In this document: positions 29,124-39,044 of the stretch, piece by piece
How the letters are laid out: every line of letters begins with the position of its first letter
Numbering within the stretch: the first letter of the stretch is position 1
Origin: Candidatus Latescibacterota bacterium
GTDB taxonomy: Bacteria > Latescibacterota > UBA2968
Length of the DNA stretch: 64,000 nt
NCBI GenBank assembly: GCA_965205975.1
Contig: OZ242195.1
Span: 1,632,001 to 1,696,000 of the forward strand
Reading direction: 5' to 3'
Translations under genes and position numbers: made by a program
Notes under the pieces: generated by a model
Seen by the model: the letters and a program-made list of their open reading frames with translations, nothing else
The model's database searches: none
What the model was told of the DNA's origin: nothing

Positions 29124-29177
29124 TTCAGTTCTAATACGAAACAGCGCAACTGTCCCTTTCACCACAGGAGGAAGTCT

Positions 29178-32100
29178 ATGAGACGGACGAGTCTGTTTTT
29201 ATTTTTATTCATAGCCCTGGCATTCTCAGCCAGTGCTGTTTTTGCCGGATCGACCGGTAAAATTTCGGGCAAGGTCGTGGAGAAATCCACGGGCGAAACC
29301 CTGCCCGGTGCTAATGTCGTCATCGAAGGCACCACATTGGGCGCAGTAACAGATTCCGATGGCAATTATTTCATCATCAATGTGCCGCCAGGTACTTATA
29401 CCGTCAGCGCGAGTATGGTCGGTTATCACAAAACAACACAGATCAATGTGCGGGTCTTTATCGACCTGACCACGACGATGAATTTCTCCGGTGACTTCGG
29501 CCTCGTCGAAGAGACCATTGAACTGGCAGAGATCACAGTGGTTGCCGAACTCCCGGTGGTGCAACCCGATATTTCCGCCAATGTCGCCAATATCTCCGCA
29601 CAAGATGTCGAAACCCTGCCAGTGACCAGCGTGAACGAAGTCGTGCGATTAGAGGCAGGGGTTCTCTCCTCTGCCAATGGCGAACTGTCGATTCGAGGCA
29701 GTGCTTTTAATGAGATCGCCTTTTCGGTCGATGGTATGTCCATGCGCGATGGGCGCAATAACGAACCGTATTCAACGGTGAGTTATACCTCAATCAAAGA
29801 AATGAGCGTGCAGTCGGGTGGGTTTAACGCCGAATATGGCAACGTGCGCTCGGGCCTGGTCAATATCGTGACCAAAGAAGGCGACAGGCGGCGCTACAAC
29901 GGCGATGTGTTGTTGCGACACAGCGGCGCACAGCGCGATTATTTTGGCCCGTTGCCGAACCACTCCAATGGCTTTTTTTGGCGGCCATTTACAGATCCCG
30001 CTGTGAAGAACGTGGGCACCCATTCGCCCGAAAGCCCCTGGGATGTGTACACGCGGCGTCAATATCGCGTCTGGACCGGGTGGAATACCATTGTACAAAG
30101 ATGGGCTGCCACCCCTACTGATCCGTATCACGGCGTGGGTGTGAGAGACACGGGTGCAGATGAATCGACTCTACCAGCCAGTGAACTGCAAGTTGATGAC
30201 GCAGTGATTGCGGAATTGTTCGAGTGGTATCGCCGCAAAGACCTGGAAGTTCGCAATGCGGATTTCGATATCGACCTGGGTTTTGGCGGTCCGTTGATTC
30301 CGGGATTGAGCGAAAAACTGGGCGGTCTGAGGTTTTTTGCTTCGGGCAAGCGGGAGCGCAGGGCCTATATGATGCCTCGCGTGATTGATGAATATGAGAA
30401 CGACTGGGGCCGTGTAAAGCTCACGTCGGATATTCGCAACAGCATGAAATTGAGTGTCGAGGCGATGTCGGGTGAAGAATTTGGTTTGAATCCAAACAAG
30501 AGTGGTTTTCCCAACATGTGGCGCGGCAATCAGGAAATGGGGCTTAATGGACTCGCTGCTATTTGGGGAAATCACAACGATAACACACTTTCGATCAAGC
30601 GCAATAATATTGGTCTGAGTTTTTCACATGTGTTGAGTCCCCAGACATTTTACGAGTTTCGCTTTCAGAGGATGCAATCGGACTTTTTGACCGAAAAGTA
30701 TCCAGACCGAGATTTGACGGCTGTTGAAAAGACTATTCCCCGCAATCCGGACTTCGCGCCTCCCAGTCCGTCTTTACAGGTTTCAGAGGTCACGCAGAAC
30801 CACATCGGGTTGACTGCTGCCCCTGATGAATATTTTATGAAAAATGAAGTCTTTGTTGACGGCCTGTATTTTGGGGGGCACTGGGCCAATGGACGCGATA
30901 ATTCTGAAGTCGTAGCCTATACGACGCGCTTTGACATTACCAGCCAGCGCAATCAGGTCGCGCAGTTTAAGGCGGGTTTTGAATGGATCGCCAGTGATTA
31001 CGATGTCAATCACGAAAATGCACAGCCTTTCTTCAAAAACAATGCGGCACCCAAATACATCTGGCAACGCGATCCGAACCAGTTTGCCGGATACGTGCAG
31101 ACCAAGCTCGAATTCAATGCGATGATCGCAAACCTGGGGGTGCGTTGGGATCGCTGGAATGGGAGTGGCGAATGGTGGGTTTATGAGGATTTCTCCGGTG
31201 CGTTTGGGCCTAAAATTGGCAAAGACAATCTCGAGGAAGCACTCGACCAGGCGCCTGTTAAGACCCTGTCTTATTTAAGCCCGCGCCTGGGTATTTCGTT
31301 CCCGGTAACAGCAGATAGCAAATTGTTTTTTAACTACGGGCACTTCCGCCAGATGCTGAACCCGCACAATCTCTTTCTCGTAGATGAAATAAATACGGGC
31401 GCAGTCTCGCGGATTGGCAACCCCAATCACCCCATGCCGCGCACGATCAATTACGAACTCGGCTTTGAGCAGAATTTGTTCGACCGGTATTTGCTGCGCC
31501 TGACCGGATATTACAAAGCCAACAACGACCAGTCAATTGGTGTGCGCTACACCAATCTGGACCAAACCGTATCTTACAACCTTTTTGAACCCCTCAACTA
31601 CGACGATATCCGGGGCTTTGAAATAACCATTAGAAAGCGCAGGGGCAAGTGGTTTAGCGGATCAGTCAACTATACGTATCTGCAAACTAAGGACGGCAAT
31701 TTTGGTCGGCGCCAGATGTACGAGAACCGCTTAGAGCAAGCCACTTATGACGCGACCTCAACACAGCACTATCAAAGCCGACCCGCCAGCAGACCCTTCG
31801 CCAGATTGTCGCTGGAATTTTACACGCCGCGCGACTTTGGGCCCCAGGTCTCAGGGTTTTATCCCCTGAGTAAATGGGATATGTCTTTCGTGGGCAACTG
31901 GCGAACGGGTCAGTACAGCAACTGGTATGGGCCAGAAGGTGGAGATATCCCCGGTTTGATCAGAAATGTCCAGTACAAGAGTATCAGGAATATGGACCTG
32001 CGCCTGACCAGGCAATTTGCGATGATGGGCGTCAGGGCCATGTTCTTTTTAGACGTGGATAATGTGTTTAATCTCAAGCGACTCAATAGCAGTTCTGCCA

Positions 32101-32534
32101 ACCCGGGGCTCGAAGACTGGGAATTCTATATGGTATCCCTGCATTTGCCAGAAGACACATTTGGCGAGTTCGAACCGCCCTATCAGTTCATTCCCGGCAA
32201 TGACTCACCCGGCAGTTTCAGAGATTACGGCACGCAATTTGTGCCCATTGAAATTGTCAATGCAGCTGGCGATTTGCCCGCCAATGGATTGCCCGGCGAT
32301 GCGGAAATCACGGCTGTACTGCCCACGGGCCTCGAACCCGACCGCCGCGTGTTGTGGTATGTGCAGGAAACCGGGCAATATCACGAATATCAAAACGGAA
32401 ACTGGGCGCAGGCCAATCAGGACTTTGTAGATGAAGTCCTGGACAATAAGCTGTATATCGACATGCCCAACAACGACACTATCTGGTTCTTGAACCCGCG
32501 CCGCGTGAACCTGGGCTTGCGGTTCTCGTTCTAA
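29178..32534 (+). CDS. TonB-dependent receptor with N-terminal carboxypeptidase-regulatory-like domain
   Basis: Signal peptide; GKISGKV..TGETLPGANV..G.YFIINVPPGTY; plug IRGS..VDGM..GGFNAEYG..SGLVNIVTK; SPRLGISFP; ends NPRRVNLGLRFSF. Confidence 0.93.
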   Translation: MRRTSLFLFLFIALAFSASAVFAGSTGKISGKVVEKSTGETLPGANVVIEGTTLGAVTDSDGNYFIINVPPGTYTVSASMVGYHKTTQINVRVFIDLTTTMNFSGDFGLVEETIELAEITVVAELPVVQPDISANVANISAQDVETLPVTSVNEVVRLEAGVLSSANGELSIRGSAFNEIAFSVDGMSMRDGRNNEPYSTVSYTSIKEMSVQSGGFNAEYGNVRSGLVNIVTKEGDRRRYNGDVLLRHSGAQRDYFGPLPNHSNGFFWRPFTDPAVKNVGTHSPESPWDVYTRRQYRVWTGWNTIVQRWAATPTDPYHGVGVRDTGADESTLPASELQVDDAVIAELFEWYRRKDLEVRNADFDIDLGFGGPLIPGLSEKLGGLRFFASGKRERRAYMMPRVIDEYENDWGRVKLTSDIRNSMKLSVEAMSGEEFGLNPNKSGFPNMWRGNQEMGLNGLAAIWGNHNDNTLSIKRNNIGLSFSHVLSPQTFYEFRFQRMQSDFLTEKYPDRDLTAVEKTIPRNPDFAPPSPSLQVSEVTQNHIGLTAAPDEYFMKNEVFVDGLYFGGHWANGRDNSEVVAYTTRFDITSQRNQVAQFKAGFEWIASDYDVNHENAQPFFKNNAAPKYIWQRDPNQFAGYVQTKLEFNAMIANLGVRWDRWNGSGEWWVYEDFSGAFGPKIGKDNLEEALDQAPVKTLSYLSPRLGISFPVTADSKLFFNYGHFRQMLNPHNLFLVDEINTGAVSRIGNPNHPMPRTINYELGFEQNLFDRYLLRLTGYYKANNDQSIGVRYTNLDQTVSYNLFEPLNYDDIRGFEITIRKRRGKWFSGSVNYTYLQTKDGNFGRRQMYENRLEQATYDATSTQHYQSRPASRPFARLSLEFYTPRDFGPQVSGFYPLSKWDMSFVGNWRTGQYSNWYGPEGGDIPGLIRNVQYKSIRNMDLRLTRQFAMMGVRAMFFLDVDNVFNLKRLNSSSANPGLEDWEFYMVSLHLPEDTFGEFEPPYQFIPGNDSPGSFRDYGTQFVPIEIVNAAGDLPANGLPGDAEITAVLPTGLEPDRRVLWYVQETGQYHEYQNGNWAQANQDFVDEVLDNKLYIDMPNNDTIWFLNPRRVNLGLRFSF

Positions 32535-32584
32535 ATTCAAATGCAACCACAGAGTTTATCTCTGGTTTCAACAGGAGAAGTATA

Positions 32585-34759
32585 ATGAACAGATTGTTAA
32601 AACCGCTGGTTGGAGCAGCTTTTGCACTTGTGGCTCTGGTGTTCTGGGGCCAGCCAGCCAAAGTACAGGCGCAGGCTGACCTGGCGTGGTTGGATGTGGG
32701 CGATTATCACTATCGATACGCCTCGACAGGCACAGAGCCTTCAATCACAAGCCCTCCGTTCCGGGCACGTGTGAAATACTGGCCCGGTATTTATTTTCGA
32801 GAGGGTGGAACCCATGTGCGTTCGCGTCACTATATTGGTGTGAGAGATTTTATAGATGAAAATGGCCAACCCTGGCCATTTAAGGTCGCCCGTGCGGGAC
32901 CGCGCGTATTTGACCTGGGCGAACACTTTGCCCTGCAAATGGAACTGATCGGCAAATTTGACAAACCCGACGTGTTTGTCGATGGGTTTCAATCTTTTCC
33001 CAGGCCCACAGTATTGACCCGCGTCGATCCTTCTATTCCATCAGATCGAATGATCATTCGCGGTGCCCATACCAATGTAGGCATTACCTGGGAAGAGAGG
33101 ATCTACGCATTTTCCAATCCCTATCACGATGACTACCACATCCGGGAAATAACCTGGACAAATACGGGCAATGTCGATGCCGATGAAGAGATCGAATTGC
33201 CCGATCAAACCGCGAACGAGGTGATGTTGTCCTTTGCCGCCAAAGAGCACCTATGGGGACCTCGCGGAGTTACGGGTGCGGGTGTCTCCGGCACAATGTG
33301 GGATTATGTGGGCGACGGCAAGGAGCCTCTGGGCAAATGGGAAGGCATACGCGCCACGCTCGGCTGGATGGGCAATGGTACGAATGTGTCCTTCCTGAAC
33401 CGCCTTGGAGGTCCTACCTGGAGAGGTGGGCGCGGAAATGCTAACTATCGGATTACAGAAGGCGATTCCATTGGTCGGCTCGGCGGTGCTTATATGCTGA
33501 CCCGCGCGATCTTGCACGCAGATACAAGCCCAGCAGATCCGACAAATGATCCTGGACAGCCCAGAACTACGGGCTTCACCCGAGGCGGCGAATCGAATAC
33601 CAACCCGTCGTTTGGCGATGCCGAACAGATGGCAGACACCTACCATTTTATGCACCCGGACCTGAGCTATGCCGAATATGGCAACCCGGGTGACGATGGG
33701 CACTTTTTCCCGCACGAAGCCGACCGTTCAGCGCCGACAGAGCCTGCGGGTCCTTTCGATTCGGAATCGTGGTACGAACGCATGGGGGCACAAACTGATG
33801 TCTCTCGCATGAGAAGTGGAGGTATGGTGCCAGTGTTTGCCTTTGGTCCCTACACACTGGCTCCGGGCGAAAGTGTCAGTGCGGTCTGGATTGAAGGTAT
33901 GCACGGACTGAACCGGGATGTGGCTGTTGCAGTGGGCACGGCTTACAAAAATTCGGGTTATGACGATACACTGCCCATTACCTATGAAGGCCAGACCCAC
34001 ACGAAAAATCGCTGGGTACTGGGCTCCCGGGATTCGATCTATCACATGATCCGAAGAGCAACGGCAAACTGGCAATCGGGGTATAATATTCCACATCCCC
34101 CACTACCGCCCAGAGTTTTCAATGTGCAGTCCGGCTCTGATCAAATTGTGCTTTCGTGGGAGACCTTTGCCAATGCCAATCACACGGGTTTTGAGATCTG
34201 GCGCACGCGCAACTTGTTCGAAGGCAATGTGCAAGACCTCTGGGAATACCAGTTGATCGCCACCCTGGGGGCAGGGGACCGCGAATACGTAGATACGGAC
34301 GTGGTGCGCGGCATCAGTTATTTCTACTATATCCAATCCGTAGGACAGGTGAACAGCGATGGAACTGGACTCACGCCCACCGGCATGGTGATGAAAAGCA
34401 GCCGGTATTATACGCAGACCTATGATCCCGCGTTTTTGAAGCGTCCGCCCGGCGGCGTAATGAGTGACGTGCGCGTTGTGCCCAATCCTTATGTACTGGA
34501 AGCCGATCAGAATATTCGATTCCCAGACCAGCAGGACAAGCTGGCATTCTTCGAAATTCCGGGTGAATGTACCATCCAGATTTTCAGCGAACTGGGAGAA
34601 TCGATTTTCACCATCGAGCACACAGATGGCACAGGGGATGAATTTTGGAACCTGACCACAGAATCGAATCAGGTGATTACAAGCGGCATTTATTTTGCGG
34701 TGATCACAGACCTTCAGACCGGCGAAAAGATAATCAAAAAATTCGTCGTTATTCGTTAA
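32585..34759 (+). CDS. Secreted protein with FN3-like domain and T9SS type A-like C-terminal sorting domain
   Basis: Sec signal ending AQA, no lipobox; PPLPP..SGSDQIVLSW..GFEIWR..YVDTDV..YFYYI; VRVVPNPY..IQIFSELGE..WN..SGIYF..KKFVVIR. Confidence 0.8.
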   Translation: MNRLLKPLVGAAFALVALVFWGQPAKVQAQADLAWLDVGDYHYRYASTGTEPSITSPPFRARVKYWPGIYFREGGTHVRSRHYIGVRDFIDENGQPWPFKVARAGPRVFDLGEHFALQMELIGKFDKPDVFVDGFQSFPRPTVLTRVDPSIPSDRMIIRGAHTNVGITWEERIYAFSNPYHDDYHIREITWTNTGNVDADEEIELPDQTANEVMLSFAAKEHLWGPRGVTGAGVSGTMWDYVGDGKEPLGKWEGIRATLGWMGNGTNVSFLNRLGGPTWRGGRGNANYRITEGDSIGRLGGAYMLTRAILHADTSPADPTNDPGQPRTTGFTRGGESNTNPSFGDAEQMADTYHFMHPDLSYAEYGNPGDDGHFFPHEADRSAPTEPAGPFDSESWYERMGAQTDVSRMRSGGMVPVFAFGPYTLAPGESVSAVWIEGMHGLNRDVAVAVGTAYKNSGYDDTLPITYEGQTHTKNRWVLGSRDSIYHMIRRATANWQSGYNIPHPPLPPRVFNVQSGSDQIVLSWETFANANHTGFEIWRTRNLFEGNVQDLWEYQLIATLGAGDREYVDTDVVRGISYFYYIQSVGQVNSDGTGLTPTGMVMKSSRYYTQTYDPAFLKRPPGGVMSDVRVVPNPYVLEADQNIRFPDQQDKLAFFEIPGECTIQIFSELGESIFTIEHTDGTGDEFWNLTTESNQVITSGIYFAVITDLQTGEKIIKKFVVIR

Positions 34760-34774
34760 GAATGGAGTATTTCA

Positions 34775-35830
34775 ATGACCAGAAAATTTCTTACACTTGT
34801 CGCGCTGAGTCTGATGTGTCTGACGCCGCTCTATGCACAGGACCCTGTGGATACGACAGATCCAGACGATCTTCCCGTGCCCGAACCGGGACAGGATCTT
34901 CCGCGCGAACGCCGCGCACAAGCGGGCTTTAAGTTTTTGAGCGTATCGCCCGATGCGCGCGCCGCCGCCATGGGCGATGCGTATTCCGCATTGAGAGTGG
35001 GGGCATCGGCGATGTTTTACAACCCCGCATCAATGGCGTATGCCACTCGCAAATTTCAACTCGCCGCCGGTCAGATCCAGTGGATCGCAGATGTGACCTA
35101 CAACATGGGTAGTGTCGCATTGAATACGGATTGGGGCGTTTTCGGATTGTCAATGATTTCCGTCAATTACGGCGATTTTGAGCGCACCATCCGCGCAGAC
35201 AACGAAAAGGGATTCCTCGACGTGGGTACGTATAGCCCATCTGCCTGGGCAATCGGACTCGGTTATGCCCGCGCAATTACTGACCGATTTTCTGTGGGCG
35301 GCAATATACGCATCGCCAAGCAATCCTTCGGCAATGTTCCCGTGGGGCTTGAAGGCGCATCACCTGTAAACAAAACTTTTGACGAGCGCTCGACCATTGT
35401 CGATTTTGGCGTGCTCTACTGGACGGGATATAAGAGCCTGACATTGGCGCTGAACACGCGAAATTTCTCTCAGGAAAACAAGTATAGCGAAGAGAGTTTT
35501 GAATTGCCGCTGACATTCCGCATGGGGTTGGCGATGGATTTGATCGATTTCACGGATATGGACAAGGATACCCATTCCATCATTCTATCGCTGGACACCG
35601 AGCGCCCGCGCGACTTTTCCGAGCAAGTCAAAATCGGGGTGGATTATACGATTATGAAAACCCTGTCTTTGCGCGCCGGATATATAACGCCAACCGATGA
35701 ACAGGGCATCTCTCTGGGCGTCGGCTTTGGCCGCGACCTGGGCAGCCTCGCTTTGCGCGTGGATTATGCGTACACCGATTTTGGCGTATTTGACGGTGTC
35801 AACCGCTTGACGCTTCAGGCGGGCTTTTAG
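34775..35830 (+). CDS. PorV/PorQ family outer-membrane beta-barrel
   Basis: FLSVSPDARAAAMGDA, FYNPA, ELPLTFRMG, LRAGY, VDYAY. Confidence 0.88.
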   Translation: MTRKFLTLVALSLMCLTPLYAQDPVDTTDPDDLPVPEPGQDLPRERRAQAGFKFLSVSPDARAAAMGDAYSALRVGASAMFYNPASMAYATRKFQLAAGQIQWIADVTYNMGSVALNTDWGVFGLSMISVNYGDFERTIRADNEKGFLDVGTYSPSAWAIGLGYARAITDRFSVGGNIRIAKQSFGNVPVGLEGASPVNKTFDERSTIVDFGVLYWTGYKSLTLALNTRNFSQENKYSEESFELPLTFRMGLAMDLIDFTDMDKDTHSIILSLDTERPRDFSEQVKIGVDYTIMKTLSLRAGYITPTDEQGISLGVGFGRDLGSLALRVDYAYTDFGVFDGVNRLTLQAGF

Positions 35831-35851
35831 ACTCTATTCCCCGCCATTTTG

Positions 35852-35886
35852 AAAAGGGAGCCAGTTTTTGACCGGCTCCCTTTTTT
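35852..35886 (+). terminator. Rho-independent terminator after the PorV-family gene
   Basis: AAAAGGGAGCC...GGCTCCCTTTTTT. Confidence 0.8.
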
Positions 35887-35921
35887 ACGTGAAGTCCACA
35901 GGCTAATCTCTGACTCCTACC

Positions 35922-37892
35922 ATGGCAGAATCCACACAAAATATTCAGACCCAAAAGCTGAGTAGCAGGAGTTTACGCACGTATCGAACCGCCCTTGCAT
36001 CGGTCGCCATGATCCTGGTCAGTGTGCTGTGGAATGAGTGGATGCCGTATTACACATCGGGATCCAATATCAGCCGCAGCCATTTTCCCGTAGCGCTCTA
36101 CTATCCCTTTTTGATTTTGTGTATATGTAACTTGCTGGCAAATCATCGGCAGTTGACCTGGGCATTGACGCGATCGGAATTGCTGGTGGTCCTGGCTTCT
36201 GGACTGGTCGGCATCTCGGTGTCTTACGACGGGGTCAGTGGGCATCTGGTCGGCGTGGTAGCCGCGCCCTATTATTTCGCCTCAACGGAAAACGGCTGGA
36301 CGACGTACTTGCTCGAACATATCCCGCACTGGCAGGTGCCGACCAATGCGGGCGGAGAGATGACGCGGTTTTACGAGGGCGGACAGGGAACATTCCCCTG
36401 GCGCGTATGGGTCGCACCGATATTCTGGTGGATGTGCTTCCTGGGCGCGATGGGATTTGCGGTATTCAGCGTGGTGGTGATTTTGCGAAAGCAATGGGTG
36501 GATTACGAGCGGTTGGCATATCCGCTTGTCGAGGTGGGAAGCCTACTGACCGAGACTGAGCCGGGTGGCACGCTGGAAAAAATGCTTCGATCCCCATTGT
36601 TCTGGATAGCGTTTGGCCTGGTGATGGCGTTAAAGATGTGGAATATTGGATCTTATTTTTCTCCTGCTTTCCCGCATATTTCTATTGAGGGAATGAACTG
36701 GCGGGCTTTTCCCGATTTTCCAGCATTGCCCTTTCGCCTCAGTTTTTACGCCATAGGTTTTGGCTATTTTGCGCGATTAGATGTATTGTTCAGCGTGTGG
36801 TTTTTTATCGTCTTGACGGCATTTCAGATCTATGCCTCGAATATTTTCGGATACCCTCTCGGTTCATCCAGTCTGCACTGGGAAAATGAGCTATTAAACT
36901 GGCAGAGCATGGGCGCACTCATTTTTCTCGCAGTATGGGGTTTGTGGATGGCGCGCGCACACTTGAAGGCCGTGTGGCGCAAAGCGTGGGATCCGAGTTG
37001 TGAAATAGATGACCGCGGAGAGTTATTGTCATATCGCACGGCTGTATTTGGCCTTGTGCTCTCGCTCGTATTTGCAACGTGCTGGCTGGTTGCAACCGGC
37101 ATGGCGTTATGGGTCGCGATAGTATTTCTGATTCTGGCAATGTTGTTATTCTTGGGCCTGGCACGCGCTGTTTCCGAACTGGGTCTGGTCTATGCCTATT
37201 ATCGGTTGGAACCAAATGACGCGGTCGTGCAGGCATTTGGCTCGGCGTCAATCATGGGGGTTTCGAGCATCATCGCGCTGGCATTTATGCGGGTATTCAA
37301 TTTTTTTCCCGACATCGGCAAAGGCTTTTTGATGCCGTCGTTTTCGCAGGCGGTGAAAGCAGTGGATAAGACCGTAACACCCCGGCGGATTACAGGCGTG
37401 ATCTGGGCATCGCTCGCCGTGGGCTTTGTGATTTCGATTGTCAACACGCTCTACTTGAGTTATGAATACGGGGCGTACAATCTGGGAAATATGGGCCTCA
37501 AACACGTTGGCCCGCGGGCATTTGATTTTGCGATGAACGCGATCCGCAATCCCCTGGGGCTCGGAGGTGATGGCCGCGTGATGTGGGCGGGAGTTGGCGC
37601 CAGTGCGATGGCGATTTTGACTGTAGTTCGCTACTGGATCCCTGCCTGGCCGCTGCATCCAATTGGCCTGGCCATGCAAGGGAACTACGGCGTGAGTAAA
37701 ACCGTATTCTCAGTATTTATTGTGTGGTCAATCAAAGTTGTTGTGATGAAGATGGGCGGTGTACAGCTATACGAAAAAGGAAAACCGTTTTTCATCGGCC
37801 TGCTGGCAGCGCAAGCATTCAGCACCGGGCTGGTATTTGTCATAGATTGCATCTGGTTCCCCTTGCAGGGACACAATGTACACAATTTCTAA
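35922..37892 (+). CDS. DUF6785/DUF6784 polytopic membrane protein (putative transporter), copy 1
   Basis: LTRSELLVV, PWRVW..P, ILRKQWVDYERLAYPL, DVLFSVWFF, ELLSYR, WPLHPIG, KPFFIGL. Confidence 0.8.
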   Translation: MAESTQNIQTQKLSSRSLRTYRTALASVAMILVSVLWNEWMPYYTSGSNISRSHFPVALYYPFLILCICNLLANHRQLTWALTRSELLVVLASGLVGISVSYDGVSGHLVGVVAAPYYFASTENGWTTYLLEHIPHWQVPTNAGGEMTRFYEGGQGTFPWRVWVAPIFWWMCFLGAMGFAVFSVVVILRKQWVDYERLAYPLVEVGSLLTETEPGGTLEKMLRSPLFWIAFGLVMALKMWNIGSYFSPAFPHISIEGMNWRAFPDFPALPFRLSFYAIGFGYFARLDVLFSVWFFIVLTAFQIYASNIFGYPLGSSSLHWENELLNWQSMGALIFLAVWGLWMARAHLKAVWRKAWDPSCEIDDRGELLSYRTAVFGLVLSLVFATCWLVATGMALWVAIVFLILAMLLFLGLARAVSELGLVYAYYRLEPNDAVVQAFGSASIMGVSSIIALAFMRVFNFFPDIGKGFLMPSFSQAVKAVDKTVTPRRITGVIWASLAVGFVISIVNTLYLSYEYGAYNLGNMGLKHVGPRAFDFAMNAIRNPLGLGGDGRVMWAGVGASAMAILTVVRYWIPAWPLHPIGLAMQGNYGVSKTVFSVFIVWSIKVVVMKMGGVQLYEKGKPFFIGLLAAQAFSTGLVFVIDCIWFPLQGHNVHNF

Positions 37893-37898
37893 AGCACA

Positions 37899-38945
37899 AT
37901 GATTACGAGAAGAACATTTATACAGCAAAGCCTCGCAACTGCAGGCGCACTGGCAATTGCACCGTCGGCTTTTGCATCAGCGCCACAGGTGATGACTGTA
38001 ACCGGACCGATAGCTCCCGAGCAAATGGGGTTCACCCTCCCCCACGAACACATCATGTCCATTTTTGGTGGGCAACCGGTCAAAGTGGCGCAATACGACG
38101 AAGAAAAATTATTCGCTAAGGTTATCCCCTATCTCAAAATGTTAAAAGTATTTGGCGTGCAAACGCTTTGTGAATGCACGGGGGCTTATTTTGGACGTCG
38201 CGTGGATTTGCTCCGGCGCATCTCACAAGAAACCGGGATGCAAATACTGACCAATACCGGATACTTTGGCGCAGCGCACGATCGCTATGTGCCAGCGCAC
38301 GCCTTTGAAGAAACAGTTGATCAAATTGCCCAACGCTGGATTGATGAATGGGAAAACGGGATTGACGGGACAGATATTCGCCCGGGATTTATCAAAATTG
38401 GCGTTGACCCCGGCATGCCCTCTGACATAGACAAAAAACTCATTTTGGCAGCGGGCAAAACCCATCTCAAAACGGGCCTGACAATTGTCTCGCACACAAG
38501 TGGCAGTACGGATGCGGCTGTCGAGCAGGTTGCGATGCTCGAACAAATGGGCGTCCATCCCGAGGCATGGATCTGGGCACACGCACAACGCGTCAAAGAT
38601 CCCGCCGACTTACCTCCGGTTGCACAGGCAGGTGCGTGGATCGGACTGGATAGCATTCGCGACGAAACCCTCAATCAGCATCTCGATATGCTGCGCCACC
38701 TGAGAAGATTTGGCGTTTTGCACCGGGTTTTGCTTTCTCACGACGGCAATTCATTTGGATATGGCGACCGTCCCTTTAAGCCTTATAACGCCATTTTTGA
38801 TCAATTTATTCCACTGATGCGAAAAGCGAATTTTACCGATGAAGAAATCCACCGGATCACAGTAGAAAATCCGCAAGAAGCTTATGCCATTCGAGTTCGG
38901 AAAAGTCAAGTGCAACCACAGATGAACACAGATGAACACAGATAA
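37899..38945 (+). CDS. Phosphotriesterase-family metallohydrolase, Tat signal
   Basis: TRRTFI; TVTGPI, TLPHEH, GFIKIG, SHT, AH, LLSHD. Confidence 0.9.
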   Translation: MITRRTFIQQSLATAGALAIAPSAFASAPQVMTVTGPIAPEQMGFTLPHEHIMSIFGGQPVKVAQYDEEKLFAKVIPYLKMLKVFGVQTLCECTGAYFGRRVDLLRRISQETGMQILTNTGYFGAAHDRYVPAHAFEETVDQIAQRWIDEWENGIDGTDIRPGFIKIGVDPGMPSDIDKKLILAAGKTHLKTGLTIVSHTSGSTDAAVEQVAMLEQMGVHPEAWIWAHAQRVKDPADLPPVAQAGAWIGLDSIRDETLNQHLDMLRHLRRFGVLHRVLLSHDGNSFGYGDRPFKPYNAIFDQFIPLMRKANFTDEEIHRITVENPQEAYAIRVRKSQVQPQMNTDEHR

Positions 38946-39033
38946 AAAGCAAAAGAGCGGGAGGTTGAGGGGTTGGGTCTAATAGCTGACTGCTGATAGC
39001 CTGGGCTGCTGGGGGTTGGGCGGCCTAACCAAC
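38912..39033. repeat. Short tandem-repeat element: CACAGATGAA decamers followed by GCTGACT/GCTGATA heptamers
   Basis: caaccacagatgaacacagatgaacacagat; agctgactgctgatagc; GGGGTTGG twice. Confidence 0.6.
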
Positions 39034-39044
39034 CGGAGATAATC

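Noticed and set aside
28877..29177. Cobalamin or TPP riboswitch upstream of the TBDT
   Set aside because: AT-rich, with no B12 box or CTGAGA core.
32585..34759. SusD/RagB call
   Set aside because: No lipobox Cys and no SusD motifs; it has FN3-like and T9SS CTD features instead.
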